Origin: a virus
Virus record (IMG/VR): IMGVR_UViG_3300025168_000032
Location: 121,653 to 185,652 of that record
Length of the DNA: 64,000 nucleotides
Direction: 5' to 3' (one strand)
In this document: positions 9,554 to 18,960 of the stretch, piece by piece
Layout of the letters: the number at the start of each line of letters is the position of its first letter
How positions within the stretch are numbered: position 1 is the first letter of the stretch
Notes under the pieces: generated by a model
The model's input: only the letters and a program-made list of their open reading frames with translations
Database searches by the model: none
Told to the model about the DNA's origin: nothing
Program-made: the position numbers and the translations under genes

Positions 9554-10396
9554 ATGATAACTGAATACCATTTTAATAAGCTTAATATTGGTGGATCTGT
9601 GGAGTGTTTGCTTCATTCATTTATAAATGATGAGCAGGTTCTATTAATCGATCCGCTGTATCCTTTCCAGTTATCAACTGTAGAATATACTAGCAGTCTT
9701 AAGTTTTTGGGATACGACAACAATCGAAAGACTTACAAATCAGAGATGTGGGACAGATTGTCCTTCCTTTTATCAATGTCAGGTCAGATTATATTTCCTA
9801 ACATAGTAAAGACATATAGGGAGGAAAACAATAGGTTTATTCTTGTCACCGAGTCTAACAAAAGAATTATTATTACTTATGACGAACTCACTATATTCGA
9901 AAAAATGGGAGATTCCCATGTTAGTGTTTATGATTGGTTCAATGTTAGGTCTGGTAACAATCACACCTATGATGTTATCGAGGACAACAAGAGTGACTTT
10001 GTTCATACACTGCATTTCTATAAAGCAAACAGAATCGGGACCAACAGTTTCATGAGAGATATATGTGCAGAATCTCGATTGCCAACAAGATATTTGAATG
10101 ATGTGGGCCATACCGAAGGTATAGCTAGGTTGAAAACTATTAAGATGATGCTTGGGTCTGGCATAAGGGGCCAAAGCAATGGCTACGGAACAAAGGGACA
10201 ACAGGTTCATATGCCGATCAAAATTGAGCACACGCACCGTGAGGTTATAGAGGATTATACGCCCACTAGGACATTAGATGAAATTTTACAAGATAAAAGA
10301 AAGGAAGGTAAAGCATGGAATTTAGCGAAGAGGCTTTTTAGACATAAGCAAATTGCTATATTGCAAAAAAGTATAAGACTTCCTGCTTACCTATGA
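9554..10396 (+). CDS. Hypothetical protein, degenerate Rossmann-like N-terminus
   Basis: 280-aa ORF coupled to its neighbours; KLNIGGSVECLLHS. Confidence 0.55.
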   Translation: MITEYHFNKLNIGGSVECLLHSFINDEQVLLIDPLYPFQLSTVEYTSSLKFLGYDNNRKTYKSEMWDRLSFLLSMSGQIIFPNIVKTYREENNRFILVTESNKRIIITYDELTIFEKMGDSHVSVYDWFNVRSGNNHTYDVIEDNKSDFVHTLHFYKANRIGTNSFMRDICAESRLPTRYLNDVGHTEGIARLKTIKMMLGSGIRGQSNGYGTKGQQVHMPIKIEHTHREVIEDYTPTRTLDEILQDKRKEGKAWNLAKRLFRHKQIAILQKSIRLPAYL

Positions 10397-11292
10397 AAGC
10401 GTTCAGTTCACAAGCAAATTTCCATCTTGCAGGGATCATACCGGTTGCCGGCCAGCCTTTGGACTTTGGTATGCCATACCCTGATTGTTTGGTCCCAATA
10501 GCACCAGACTACACGATGATCGAAGCTGCTATCATTGAAGCGGCATTTGCTGGCTGTGATACGATATGGGTTATTTGCAATGATGATTTGGCACCTGTAG
10601 TTAGGCATAGGGTCGGAGACTTTATCCAAGATCCGGTGCATTTTTATAATAAATTTGATGCATTGCCGAGTCTTCGTAGAAAGCGTATACCAATCTATTG
10701 GGTCCCGGTCCACGCAAAAGATAGACACAGAAGAGATAGTCTTTCATGGTCAGTTCTGACCGGGGCAATCTCTTGCTTGAAGATCGCTAGTCAATTATCG
10801 AAGTGGTTAATACCAGAAAAGTACTATGTTTCGTTTCCTTACGGGATTATGGACCCAAGAAAACTACAAAAAGTTAGAGGCAAAATAAGAAATAAAAACA
10901 ACTTTTATGTGGTCTCTGAGGGAAAGACTGTGGAGGATAATATGTATTCTAGTTTTACTTTTGGTAAAGAAGAATTTATAATTTATCGTCGTAATGCTAG
11001 AAAAGGAACCGGAATGTACACTACAGAAATTGTTGATGAACGAGGGCTCCCCAGAAGCAAAATACCAGTAGAAGAAAGGTGGAGTGCGAGATTTTTTGAA
11101 CCAAAAGATGTTTTTTACGGTGTGAACGTTAACAACGGGTACCAACACAATGTAGAAAACTTTTATAATTTGGATGGCTGGGATGCTTATCGTGAATATA
11201 TGTTGTCCGATTTAGCTAGAGAAACACAGCGCCCAACAAAAGAATTGTTTTCTTACAGAGAATTCAACAGGATTGCAGAAGACCGAGACTAG
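10393..11292 (+). CDS. Nucleotidyltransferase-like (GT-A) protein with non-canonical motif
   Basis: AGIIPVAG, PDCLVPIA, MIEAAI.EA..AGCDTIWV, VGD pattern of the NTP-transferase N-terminus. Confidence 0.6.
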   Translation: MKAFSSQANFHLAGIIPVAGQPLDFGMPYPDCLVPIAPDYTMIEAAIIEAAFAGCDTIWVICNDDLAPVVRHRVGDFIQDPVHFYNKFDALPSLRRKRIPIYWVPVHAKDRHRRDSLSWSVLTGAISCLKIASQLSKWLIPEKYYVSFPYGIMDPRKLQKVRGKIRNKNNFYVVSEGKTVEDNMYSSFTFGKEEFIIYRRNARKGTGMYTTEIVDERGLPRSKIPVEERWSARFFEPKDVFYGVNVNNGYQHNVENFYNLDGWDAYREYMLSDLARETQRPTKELFSYREFNRIAEDRD

Positions 11293-11299
11293 TTAAGGT

Positions 11300-11941
11300 A
11301 TGTCCTTGGTACAAAAGAGATACAAAAAATTAGTTAAAGAGTTGGTTTTTGTTTATACTGAATTGGAATTTGTTAAGGAAGTTTTAGCAGACGCCCATTC
11401 TGATTTTGAAGCATACTACCAGAGGTTTTGTGCTGAAAACAATGTTCCTCTTACCGATTTAAATGAAAAACACAAAGAAAGAATAGAGGAAGTGATCCCG
11501 CACCCAAAAAAACAAGAGGCTGACGAGGAAGGTATAATAAAAGTTGAGGCTCCACCTGAACCTCCACCGCCAAAAATATACAAAGTGTTCACAAAGATGT
11601 ATAGAATGATAACTTCCAGAATTCACCCTGATAAGTTTGCTGGTCGCGAAGAGACACCAGAGATAAAAGAAAAGATCTTGATGTTTAAGGATTGTACGAA
11701 ATCCTATAACGATAGAAACTGGGGCAAGTTCCTTGATATTTGTGAAAAACTTGATATAATACCAACCAGATATGAAGGAGTTAGTTCGGTAATAAGAGAT
11801 GAGATTTCAGATATTAACAAAAAAATAGTTAATGGCAAAAGGGCGTTTAGCTGGAAGTTGTATGAGTGTGAAGAGGATGACTCTTGCAAAGACAAAGTAA
11901 TCAAGGACTTTTTGTTTCAATTATTTAAATACAAAGCATAG
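11300..11941 (+). CDS. J-domain (DnaJ-like) protein
   Basis: KMYRMITSRIHPDKF (HPD motif) in helical context. Confidence 0.65.
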   Translation: MSLVQKRYKKLVKELVFVYTELEFVKEVLADAHSDFEAYYQRFCAENNVPLTDLNEKHKERIEEVIPHPKKQEADEEGIIKVEAPPEPPPPKIYKVFTKMYRMITSRIHPDKFAGREETPEIKEKILMFKDCTKSYNDRNWGKFLDICEKLDIIPTRYEGVSSVIRDEISDINKKIVNGKRAFSWKLYECEEDDSCKDKVIKDFLFQLFKYKA

Positions 11942-11949
11942 GAGTTAAT

Positions 11950-12927
11950 ATGCATTTCGATCCAAACGAAAAATTACGTAGCCTAATCACCAAGAACGGT
12001 GGCTTTGCTAACGCCCATTCCCACTTAGACCGTGCCCACACTGTCACAGAGAAAAACTTACAAGATGTAGTTTACAACCATCTTCATGAAAAATGGCTTT
12101 ATGTTGATGGCTATAAGGCGTCTGCATCAGAAGCCCAATACTATAATAATATTTCCCAAGCTTTGGTCGGGCAAATATCTATGGGAACCACCTCTTGTTT
12201 GTCATTTATAGACATTGACCACGTTGCGGGCTATCGAGCTTTGCGGGCAGCACGTTCTGCAAAAAAAGATTTTGAAGGTCAATTGGACTTCAAGATAGCA
12301 TGTCAGACACTAAAAGGTATTTTAGATAAACGATGCAAGATCATGCTAATTGAGTGTTTGGAGTATAATCTGATTGACGTTATTGGATCATTGCCCGGAG
12401 CCGACAAAGGGCAGGAAGAGAAACATATTGACTATCTGATGCGGCTAGCTAAAGTGTACAATAAGAGACTCCATGTTCATGTTGACCAGCTAAATACCAG
12501 AGCGGAAAAGGAAACCGAAATGCTAGCCAGAATGACAATAAAACATGGCATGGAAAACCGAGTTACGGCTGTCCATTCGATTAGTCTGTCATGCCACCCT
12601 AAACACTACCGGGACGATGTGTATAAAATGTCAAAAGATGCGGGCCTATCATTCATAACTTGTCCGACTGCTTGGATTGACGCAAGAAGGTCGGAGGAAG
12701 AAACCCCAACCCACAATGCTGTTACGCCAGTGGATGAGTTGTTGAATAATGATTTAATTGTAGCGATAGGTTCAGACAACATCCATGATGTTTATAAGCC
12801 CTTTTCAACAGGTGATATGTTTACGGAAATAAAGTTTTTACTTGAGTCATTGCACATTTATGATATGCAGACCCTAGTTAATATAGCAACCAAAAATGGT
12901 TTAGAGGTTATAGGTTCTCTTGATTAG
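11950..12927 (+). CDS. Metal-dependent amidohydrolase, cytosine deaminase-like
   Basis: FANAHSHLD (HxH), HVHVD, VTAVHSISL, GSDNIHD..PF. Confidence 0.8.
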   Translation: MHFDPNEKLRSLITKNGGFANAHSHLDRAHTVTEKNLQDVVYNHLHEKWLYVDGYKASASEAQYYNNISQALVGQISMGTTSCLSFIDIDHVAGYRALRAARSAKKDFEGQLDFKIACQTLKGILDKRCKIMLIECLEYNLIDVIGSLPGADKGQEEKHIDYLMRLAKVYNKRLHVHVDQLNTRAEKETEMLARMTIKHGMENRVTAVHSISLSCHPKHYRDDVYKMSKDAGLSFITCPTAWIDARRSEEETPTHNAVTPVDELLNNDLIVAIGSDNIHDVYKPFSTGDMFTEIKFLLESLHIYDMQTLVNIATKNGLEVIGSLD

Positions 12928-13221
12928 ATGCGTAAAAATAAATTTAAAGTTGGTGATTTGGTTGTTTTAACGGGGTTAGACGGCGTGATAGGGTATAAAC
13001 ATATAATCAATGGCGAGCTTGGGGTTATAATCGAAGTTATCTCATTACCAGCACCAGAAATACCTTTATCCATGGCCAGTTTCTTTTTTGATTATTTGGT
13101 TTTAGTCAGTGGCACAGAGATCATGCTGTTCGAGGAAGAATTGAGAGAATACCCGATAGATTACAAGCCGTGTGTGGCTTGCGACTGTGACCCGTGTGAT
13201 TGTGAGTGGGGCATAGAGTGA
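12928..13221 (+). CDS. Small SH3/KOW-like protein (GDLV family)
   Basis: FKVGDLVVL...LGVII; CxxCDCxPCDC tail. Confidence 0.55.
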   Translation: MRKNKFKVGDLVVLTGLDGVIGYKHIINGELGVIIEVISLPAPEIPLSMASFFFDYLVLVSGTEIMLFEEELREYPIDYKPCVACDCDPCDCEWGIE

Positions 13222-13409
13222 GGCAGATAAAAGGAAAATCGATAGCATTTATAGAAGCTTGTGGTCCAATACCAAAAGGAGCTAGGGGACTTTGCACAGA
13301 AGAGTGCCTTCAGACAAATACAATCAGAATATGGCTGATTCAGTCTGTATTCGGAGTTAACGAATTTGCCATCTCAAGAAAACATATCGGAAAAATCCAC
13401 ATTTTTTAA
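13206..13409 (+). CDS. Hypothetical protein
   Basis: ORF between coupled neighbours; start uncertain. Confidence 0.4.
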   Translation: MGHRVRQIKGKSIAFIEACGPIPKGARGLCTEECLQTNTIRIWLIQSVFGVNEFAISRKHIGKIHIF

Positions 13410-13596
13410 AGTTGGTGATCTGGTTCAATACTACGCTATGTCTGACGGTGACGGTGCATGGTTGTCTCCCGGATCATACGGCGTAATTCTGAAAATATCT
13501 GTAGAATTGGGCCGCGATGGCGCTGCACAAGTTCACTGGATAGACGGTAGCGGTATTTGTTTTATTTGTTGCAGTTATTTAAGAATAATTTTTTGA
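13366..13596 (+). CDS. Small SH3/KOW-like protein (GDLV family)
   Basis: FKVGDLVQY...YGVIL...VHWIDG. Confidence 0.55.
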   Translation: MPSQENISEKSTFFKVGDLVQYYAMSDGDGAWLSPGSYGVILKISVELGRDGAAQVHWIDGSGICFICCSYLRIIF

Positions 13597-13620
13597 CAAG
13601 CACTGGAAACGTGTTATGTT
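13593..13620 (+). promoter_or_regulatory. sigma70-type promoter
   Basis: TTGACA-N16-TATGTT with TG extension. Confidence 0.65.
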
Positions 13621-13682
13621 ATATATGGTTCCGTTCAGGAACCAATTTCTGGCCGTTTAGGCCATACAAAAATGGAAACAAA

Positions 13683-14738
13683 ATGTTAAAAGAAAAAACA
13701 AATGGAACAACAACCTTAAATGTTGGAAACTACAAAAATAACATCACGACATATGAAAGCATGGGCGCTAAATTTGTTGGCGCTGAGTGGTTTGACTGGG
13801 ATCAATTGGAAATTTCCGATAGGCAATATCAAACACGGGTGGCCGATGCAGATCTTGGGCATATCGCAACTTTGGCTGCTGATATTGAAAATATCGGAAT
13901 CCAAACACTTCCGATTGTTGAATTTGACCCTGTAAAGGTAAAATATCGTGTTTTGTCTGGGTTTCATCGTATGTTGGCACTGCACAAAAACAATGATAAC
14001 CCAGAATCAGCAAAGAATAAATACCCAGCCATTGTCTTGGAATTTCAAGATAGTATAAAGAGGTGGGAATTTTTACAACACTGTAATAATCATCGCCCAT
14101 CAAAATCGCATGGAAAAAGTGATGCTGTTGCGTATATTAAAAAGATGCAATCGATGGGGCACTTTGACAAATACGGTAAAGATGAAAAAGCGATTCAGAA
14201 TCAAGTCTATCAAATGCTTACAAAACATTATCCTAGAATTAAAACAAGTACAAAAGCATCAATTTTTGAAGAAGCTTTGAATTTTAAAACAAAGAAAGTG
14301 AAAACTTGGACCCCTTCAGAAGCCAAAGTCGAAGTCCAAAGAATTCACGGCAAGCCCCACAAAAGTGGAGCCGTTGAAGGTGATGCTTGCTATATTACTT
14401 CTGACTATAATGTTGTTAGAAAGTCGATTTATGTTAAGAGTACAGATCGAGCAAATCAAATTCACGACAAAACATCGTCAAGTCGGTTGGATATTAAGCT
14501 TGTTACTTGGGCTCCAAAACAATATAATATCGGCAGTGGGATTAAAGATTTGAAAGCATTTAGAAAAAATGCTTTAAAAGATTTGACCGTAATGAACAAT
14601 ATGGTCTGGGGACCGTCAAAGGTTAGTTTGGTTACGGAAGTTGACTTCTTGCACCAAGCACTAACCGGTGAAGAGAAGGAGTCAATCCCAATAAAATATA
14701 AGTGGTCTTCAAAAAACAAGAAGTTCAACTTAGTTTAA
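13683..14738 (+). CDS. ParB/Srx N-terminal-domain protein
   Basis: YQTR, LAADIENIGIQTLPIV, YRVLSGFHRMLA; start reassigned to 13683. Confidence 0.7.
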   Translation: MLKEKTNGTTTLNVGNYKNNITTYESMGAKFVGAEWFDWDQLEISDRQYQTRVADADLGHIATLAADIENIGIQTLPIVEFDPVKVKYRVLSGFHRMLALHKNNDNPESAKNKYPAIVLEFQDSIKRWEFLQHCNNHRPSKSHGKSDAVAYIKKMQSMGHFDKYGKDEKAIQNQVYQMLTKHYPRIKTSTKASIFEEALNFKTKKVKTWTPSEAKVEVQRIHGKPHKSGAVEGDACYITSDYNVVRKSIYVKSTDRANQIHDKTSSSRLDIKLVTWAPKQYNIGSGIKDLKAFRKNALKDLTVMNNMVWGPSKVSLVTEVDFLHQALTGEEKESIPIKYKWSSKNKKFNLV

Positions 14739-14752
14739 GTTTTTCGTAAGAG

Positions 14753-14785
14753 CCCCTTGACATTTGTCAGGGGGTTTGTTATTTA
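14753..14785 (+). promoter_or_regulatory. Terminator-like hairpin overlapping the dnaE promoter
   Basis: CCCCTTGAC-ATTT-GTCAGGGGG-TTT; TTGACA 14757-14762, TGT-TATTTA at N17. Confidence 0.6.
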
Positions 14786-14815
14786 TATATTATAGAGTTT
14801 ACATCGGAGGTAAAT

Positions 14816-17800
14816 ATGAACAACATTAAATTCGTTGGGCTTCATGCTCACTGTGGAGTTGGTTCTCCATTTGACGGCTTCGGATTCCCCGCTGACCACA
14901 TGGACTTCGCACATAAGAATGGCTGCGAAGCTCTGGCCTTGACAGATCATGGTAATATGAACGGGACAAGCTACCAAGTACTACACGCCAAGAAGATGCA
15001 AAAGCAAGGAAAGAGTTTCAAGCCCATATTCGGCGTCGAGGCGTATTTTATCTCTGATGTTGTTGAGTGGCGCAAGACCTACGAAGAGCATAAGGCTGAT
15101 AAGAAGAAAGCTCGCGCCCTTTCAAAAGAACAGTCAGGCACCAACATTGAAGCCGAAGGTGCCAGCAAGAGCAAGGGGACTGCAATTAATCGCTCTCGTC
15201 ACATTGTTCTTCTTGCAATGAGCCAAGAGGGTCTTAACAATATTTATAAGATGGTCTCAGAATCTTATACCGGAGACTACTTCTATCGTAAACCAAGGAT
15301 TGATTATGCACTACTTAACAAATATTCTAGCGGCGTTATTTGCCTTTCCGCTTGTCTTGGCGGTATATATGCTGGTTGCTATTGGGCCAACCGCGAAGAG
15401 GGCAAAGAGGCTGTTCTTGCGGCTATGCGAGACACCACCGAAAGAATGGTTTCAATCCTTGGAGACCGTTGGTACGGAGAACTTCAATGGAATAACGTCC
15501 CGGAGCAACATGAACTCAACAACTATGTTATCCAAATGCACGAAGAATATGGAATCCCGTTAGTTTCCACAGCAGATTCCCATTACCCAACACCAGACGC
15601 TTGGAACGACAGAGAACTATATAAGAGACTTGGCTGGCTTGGTAGGGGAAAACCCGAATGGCTTGACATGAATCTTCCGACATCAGTTCAAGAGATGGAG
15701 TATGAGCTTTATCCAAAGAACGGAGATCAAATGTGGGAAGCATATAAGAAATATTCTAATGATTGTGGAGTAAAATATGATGATAAACTTGTACTTGATA
15801 GCATTGAGAGAACTCACGATATTGCTTTCAACCGGATTGAAAGATTTTATCCTGATGATACCGTTCGTTTACCTGACTTTGTGGTTCCTGCTGGATATAC
15901 TGCCGATGATTATCTCAAGCGTATAGCCACTGAGGGTTTGTTTTCTTTACTTAAGAAGACTTCTCGCTTGGAGCACAACACTGAATATAAACTCAGACTT
16001 GACCACGAACTCAAAGTTATTGCTGATCGTGGGTTTTCTAAATACTTTCTAACCATGAAGGCAATCGCGGATAAAACAAATGAAATACAAATCTCTGGGC
16101 CCGGTCGAGGCTCTGCGGCTGGTTCTCTTGTTGCTTATGCTCTTGGTATTACTCAAGTGGACCCAGTTTCTTACGACCTCCTCTTCTCGCGGTTTTTACG
16201 TGCTGATGCTACTGATTACCCTGATATCGATTACGATGTGTCTGAGCCGATGGCTCTAAAAGAAAAACTGATCGATGATTGGGGTAGCAATGTTGTTGTT
16301 CCTATATCGAACTTCAGCACCTTGCAACTTAAGTCGCTCATCAAAGACATCAGTAAGTTTTATGACGTGCCATTCGTGGAAGCGAACGCAGTAACAAACA
16401 AGATGTTGTTTGAGGCTACACCGTTGGCCAAAGCCAAGCATGGCATCAAAGCGGGGGTATATAATCCTACATTCGACGAGGTTATCCAATACAGCGAGTC
16501 GCTCCAAAAATTTTTTTCCACATACCCCAAGATTAAGGATCATGTGTTGGGTCTTGTAGGGCAAGTCCGGCAGGTTTCCCGTCACGCAGGTGGTGTGGTG
16601 ATCGGAGAGGACTTGGACAAGTACATGCCACTCATAGCATCCAAGGGAGTCAGGCAGACTCCGTGGAGCGAGGGTATGAATGTTCGACACCTTGAGCCTA
16701 TGGGTTTCATCAAGTTTGATTTGCTCGGTCTATCGACTCTTCGTATGGTTGAGGATTGCATCTCCCTCATTCTCAAGAGACACCACGACATACCAGAGCC
16801 CACGTTTGCACAGATCAAAGACTATTACGACACCAAGTTACACCCAGATGTTATAGATTTAGGAGACCAGAACGTTTATGAAAATATATTCCACAAAGGA
16901 AAGTGGGTTGGAATCTTCCAGTTCGCGGAACAAGGCGCACAAAAATTTGCTCAACGAGCCAAACCAAGATCCATTATCGATATATCTGCTATTACTAGCA
17001 TATACCGTCCCGGTCCTTTATCGGCTGGTGTTGATAAGCAATATGTAAAAGCCAAGGAAGAACCCGAATCAGTCAAGTACCTCAACAAAATTGTTCGCTC
17101 CGTGACTCAGGAAACACATGGGTTCTTAATTTTTCAAGAACAAATCGCCATGCTAGCTCATAAGCTAGGTGACAATATCACCCTCGACGAAGGGAACCTA
17201 TTGCGTAAGCTGCTCACCAAGAAGGGAACAGGTAAAGGAAACGAGGACAAAGAACGGATATACGACAAGTTCATCAGGGGATGTAGAGACAAACGCATTT
17301 CGGATAAAAAAGCTAACGCTTTATGGACAACTTTCGAGTACTTTTCGGGCTATGGCTTTAACAAGTCACATGCCGTTTCTTATTCTATTATCAGCTATCA
17401 GTGCGCTTGGCTATGCAACTATTACCAAGCAGAGTGGACAGCAGCGTTCCTCGAAAGAGAACCAGAGTCGCGCAAAGAGAAAGCCATAAACCTCGCAAAA
17501 CAGCACGGTTTTACGATCAAGGATATCGACCTTAATACCTCTGGCATGAGGTGGGAGATACTTGATAAAAACACCCTTGTTGCCCCCCTGACGACTATCA
17601 AGGGACTGGGGGAGAAAGCCATTGAACAGATCCTCAACAACCGTCCGTTCAATACGGTGGAGGAGTTTATCTTTAATGAGGACATTGTATACTCAAAGCT
17701 CAACAAGAGAGCGTTCGATGTTCTTTGTAGAGCAGGAGCCTTACGGGATTTGGTTGACGAACGATTCACAGGAGACAAACATTTCTGGTCGGCAGTGTGT

Positions 17801-18247
17801 GTAGATCGCCCAAGAAAGCCCAAAAATCTCATTGAGAACATTGAGAAGTATGCACCGGAAGGTTCCTTCACAGAAGAGGAAAAAATTACCTTCTTAAGCG
17901 ACTTAACTGGCATCTTCCCTATGTCTAAGGTTATAACCCCTGACGTTCAAGCTAGAATTGATGAATGGTGTTCTCCTCCGATATCAGAATACGACCCAGA
18001 CCTTGGGTATTGTTGGTGCATCCCCCGCTCAATAACCCAAAAGAAATCAAAGAATGGAAAGAACTTTTATGTTGTTGAGGTAATAGACGCCAACTCTGTT
18101 TTGACCAAGATTCGCTGTTGGTCTGTCAAGCCTGAGCGGGATAACATCCACATTAATAGGCCATATATGATTAAGCCGAAATACAATGCAGATTGGGGAT
18201 TCAGCACTTATGGTATGGTAAACAATTCTTGGTTTTTGTTGGGATAG
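14816..18247 (+). CDS. dnaE: DNA polymerase III alpha subunit (family C)
   Basis: PHP domain (LHAH, ALTDHG, GVEAY, TADSHY), GPGRGSAAGSLVAY.LGIT, DYPDIDYD, SRHAGGVVI, KFDLLGL, GYGFNKSHA, OB-fold tail. Confidence 0.96.
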   Translation: MNNIKFVGLHAHCGVGSPFDGFGFPADHMDFAHKNGCEALALTDHGNMNGTSYQVLHAKKMQKQGKSFKPIFGVEAYFISDVVEWRKTYEEHKADKKKARALSKEQSGTNIEAEGASKSKGTAINRSRHIVLLAMSQEGLNNIYKMVSESYTGDYFYRKPRIDYALLNKYSSGVICLSACLGGIYAGCYWANREEGKEAVLAAMRDTTERMVSILGDRWYGELQWNNVPEQHELNNYVIQMHEEYGIPLVSTADSHYPTPDAWNDRELYKRLGWLGRGKPEWLDMNLPTSVQEMEYELYPKNGDQMWEAYKKYSNDCGVKYDDKLVLDSIERTHDIAFNRIERFYPDDTVRLPDFVVPAGYTADDYLKRIATEGLFSLLKKTSRLEHNTEYKLRLDHELKVIADRGFSKYFLTMKAIADKTNEIQISGPGRGSAAGSLVAYALGITQVDPVSYDLLFSRFLRADATDYPDIDYDVSEPMALKEKLIDDWGSNVVVPISNFSTLQLKSLIKDISKFYDVPFVEANAVTNKMLFEATPLAKAKHGIKAGVYNPTFDEVIQYSESLQKFFSTYPKIKDHVLGLVGQVRQVSRHAGGVVIGEDLDKYMPLIASKGVRQTPWSEGMNVRHLEPMGFIKFDLLGLSTLRMVEDCISLILKRHHDIPEPTFAQIKDYYDTKLHPDVIDLGDQNVYENIFHKGKWVGIFQFAEQGAQKFAQRAKPRSIIDISAITSIYRPGPLSAGVDKQYVKAKEEPESVKYLNKIVRSVTQETHGFLIFQEQIAMLAHKLGDNITLDEGNLLRKLLTKKGTGKGNEDKERIYDKFIRGCRDKRISDKKANALWTTFEYFSGYGFNKSHAVSYSIISYQCAWLCNYYQAEWTAAFLEREPESRKEKAINLAKQHGFTIKDIDLNTSGMRWEILDKNTLVAPLTTIKGLGEKAIEQILNNRPFNTVEEFIFNEDIVYSKLNKRAFDVLCRAGALRDLVDERFTGDKHFWSAVCVDRPRKPKNLIENIEKYAPEGSFTEEEKITFLSDLTGIFPMSKVITPDVQARIDEWCSPPISEYDPDLGYCWCIPRSITQKKSKNGKNFYVVEVIDANSVLTKIRCWSVKPERDNIHINRPYMIKPKYNADWGFSTYGMVNNSWFLLG

Positions 18248-18250
18248 TTC

Positions 18251-18278
18251 TTGACAAACTCGCATAATGTGTTAATAT
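18251..18278 (+). promoter_or_regulatory. sigma70-type promoter
   Basis: TTGACA-N16-TAATAT with TG extension. Confidence 0.6.
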
Positions 18279-18307
18279 TATAATACAATTCAAAGTTTGG
18301 GATTGAT

Positions 18308-18478
18308 ATGAATTTTAATAATTTGAATAAAGCCGTATTAATTGGTGATTTGGTTTGCTTAGATGGTGCTCACTTCATTGTCATAAATGTGAACAAAGAT
18401 ACAATACCTGAGATTTTAACCGGGATCTCTGTAGAGCATTCATACGAGCTTAATTTTACAATAGAAAATGTAGCATAA
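18308..18478 (+). CDS. 56-aa SH3/KOW-like protein (not in ORF track)
   Basis: MNFNNLNKAVLIGDLVCLDGAHFIVINV... Confidence 0.45.
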   Translation: MNFNNLNKAVLIGDLVCLDGAHFIVINVNKDTIPEILTGISVEHSYELNFTIENVA

Positions 18479-18489
18479 AGGAGGTTAAC

Positions 18490-18960
18490 ATGATTTTTAG
18501 TAAAGAACAGATTCGAGCGTTAAATGATTTAAATGTGTCTGGAAAAGGCGGCAAAGATAGAGAGATAGCAGAAGCTTTAGGACATCAACGAGTTTCGTCG
18601 AAATACTATGATGGTGTTGATGCCTATGGTCAAACTTGGGAATATAAAAAACAAACAAGTATGCAATTTCTTGACCCATATAAATTTTCCCAAATGATGG
18701 AAGAAGAAAAGCAAATCCCAATTTTATTTTTTAACCACGTTGAAGGCAAAATTGTATCAGTTCACAAAGCAACATATGAAGAGGTTATAAAGAAGATGGG
18801 GTATACCAAGGAAGGCTTGTCAATGTTAAACACCCTCTTCGAAAGACCAGAGTACTCCAACAGAACGCCACAGCCAAAAGCAGTATTGACTAAAAAAGAG
18901 ATTCTTTCTTTTGAAAAGGTATTGGACCTATTTGAAAATGGAGATAAAAATGAAAATTAA
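18490..18960 (+). CDS. Putative restriction-endonuclease-fold (PD-(D/E)XK) protein
   Basis: E-helix then YDGVD..G..WEYKK (D...ExK); GGAGG RBS. Confidence 0.45.
   Translation: MIFSKEQIRALNDLNVSGKGGKDREIAEALGHQRVSSKYYDGVDAYGQTWEYKKQTSMQFLDPYKFSQMMEEEKQIPILFFNHVEGKIVSVHKATYEEVIKKMGYTKEGLSMLNTLFERPEYSNRTPQPKAVLTKKEILSFEKVLDLFENGDKNEN

Noticed and set aside
1006-18247. Inteins or introns in recA, dnaB, nrdJ or dnaE
   Set aside because: Lengths are normal, motifs are contiguous, and no splice-junction or LAGLIDADG signatures were seen.
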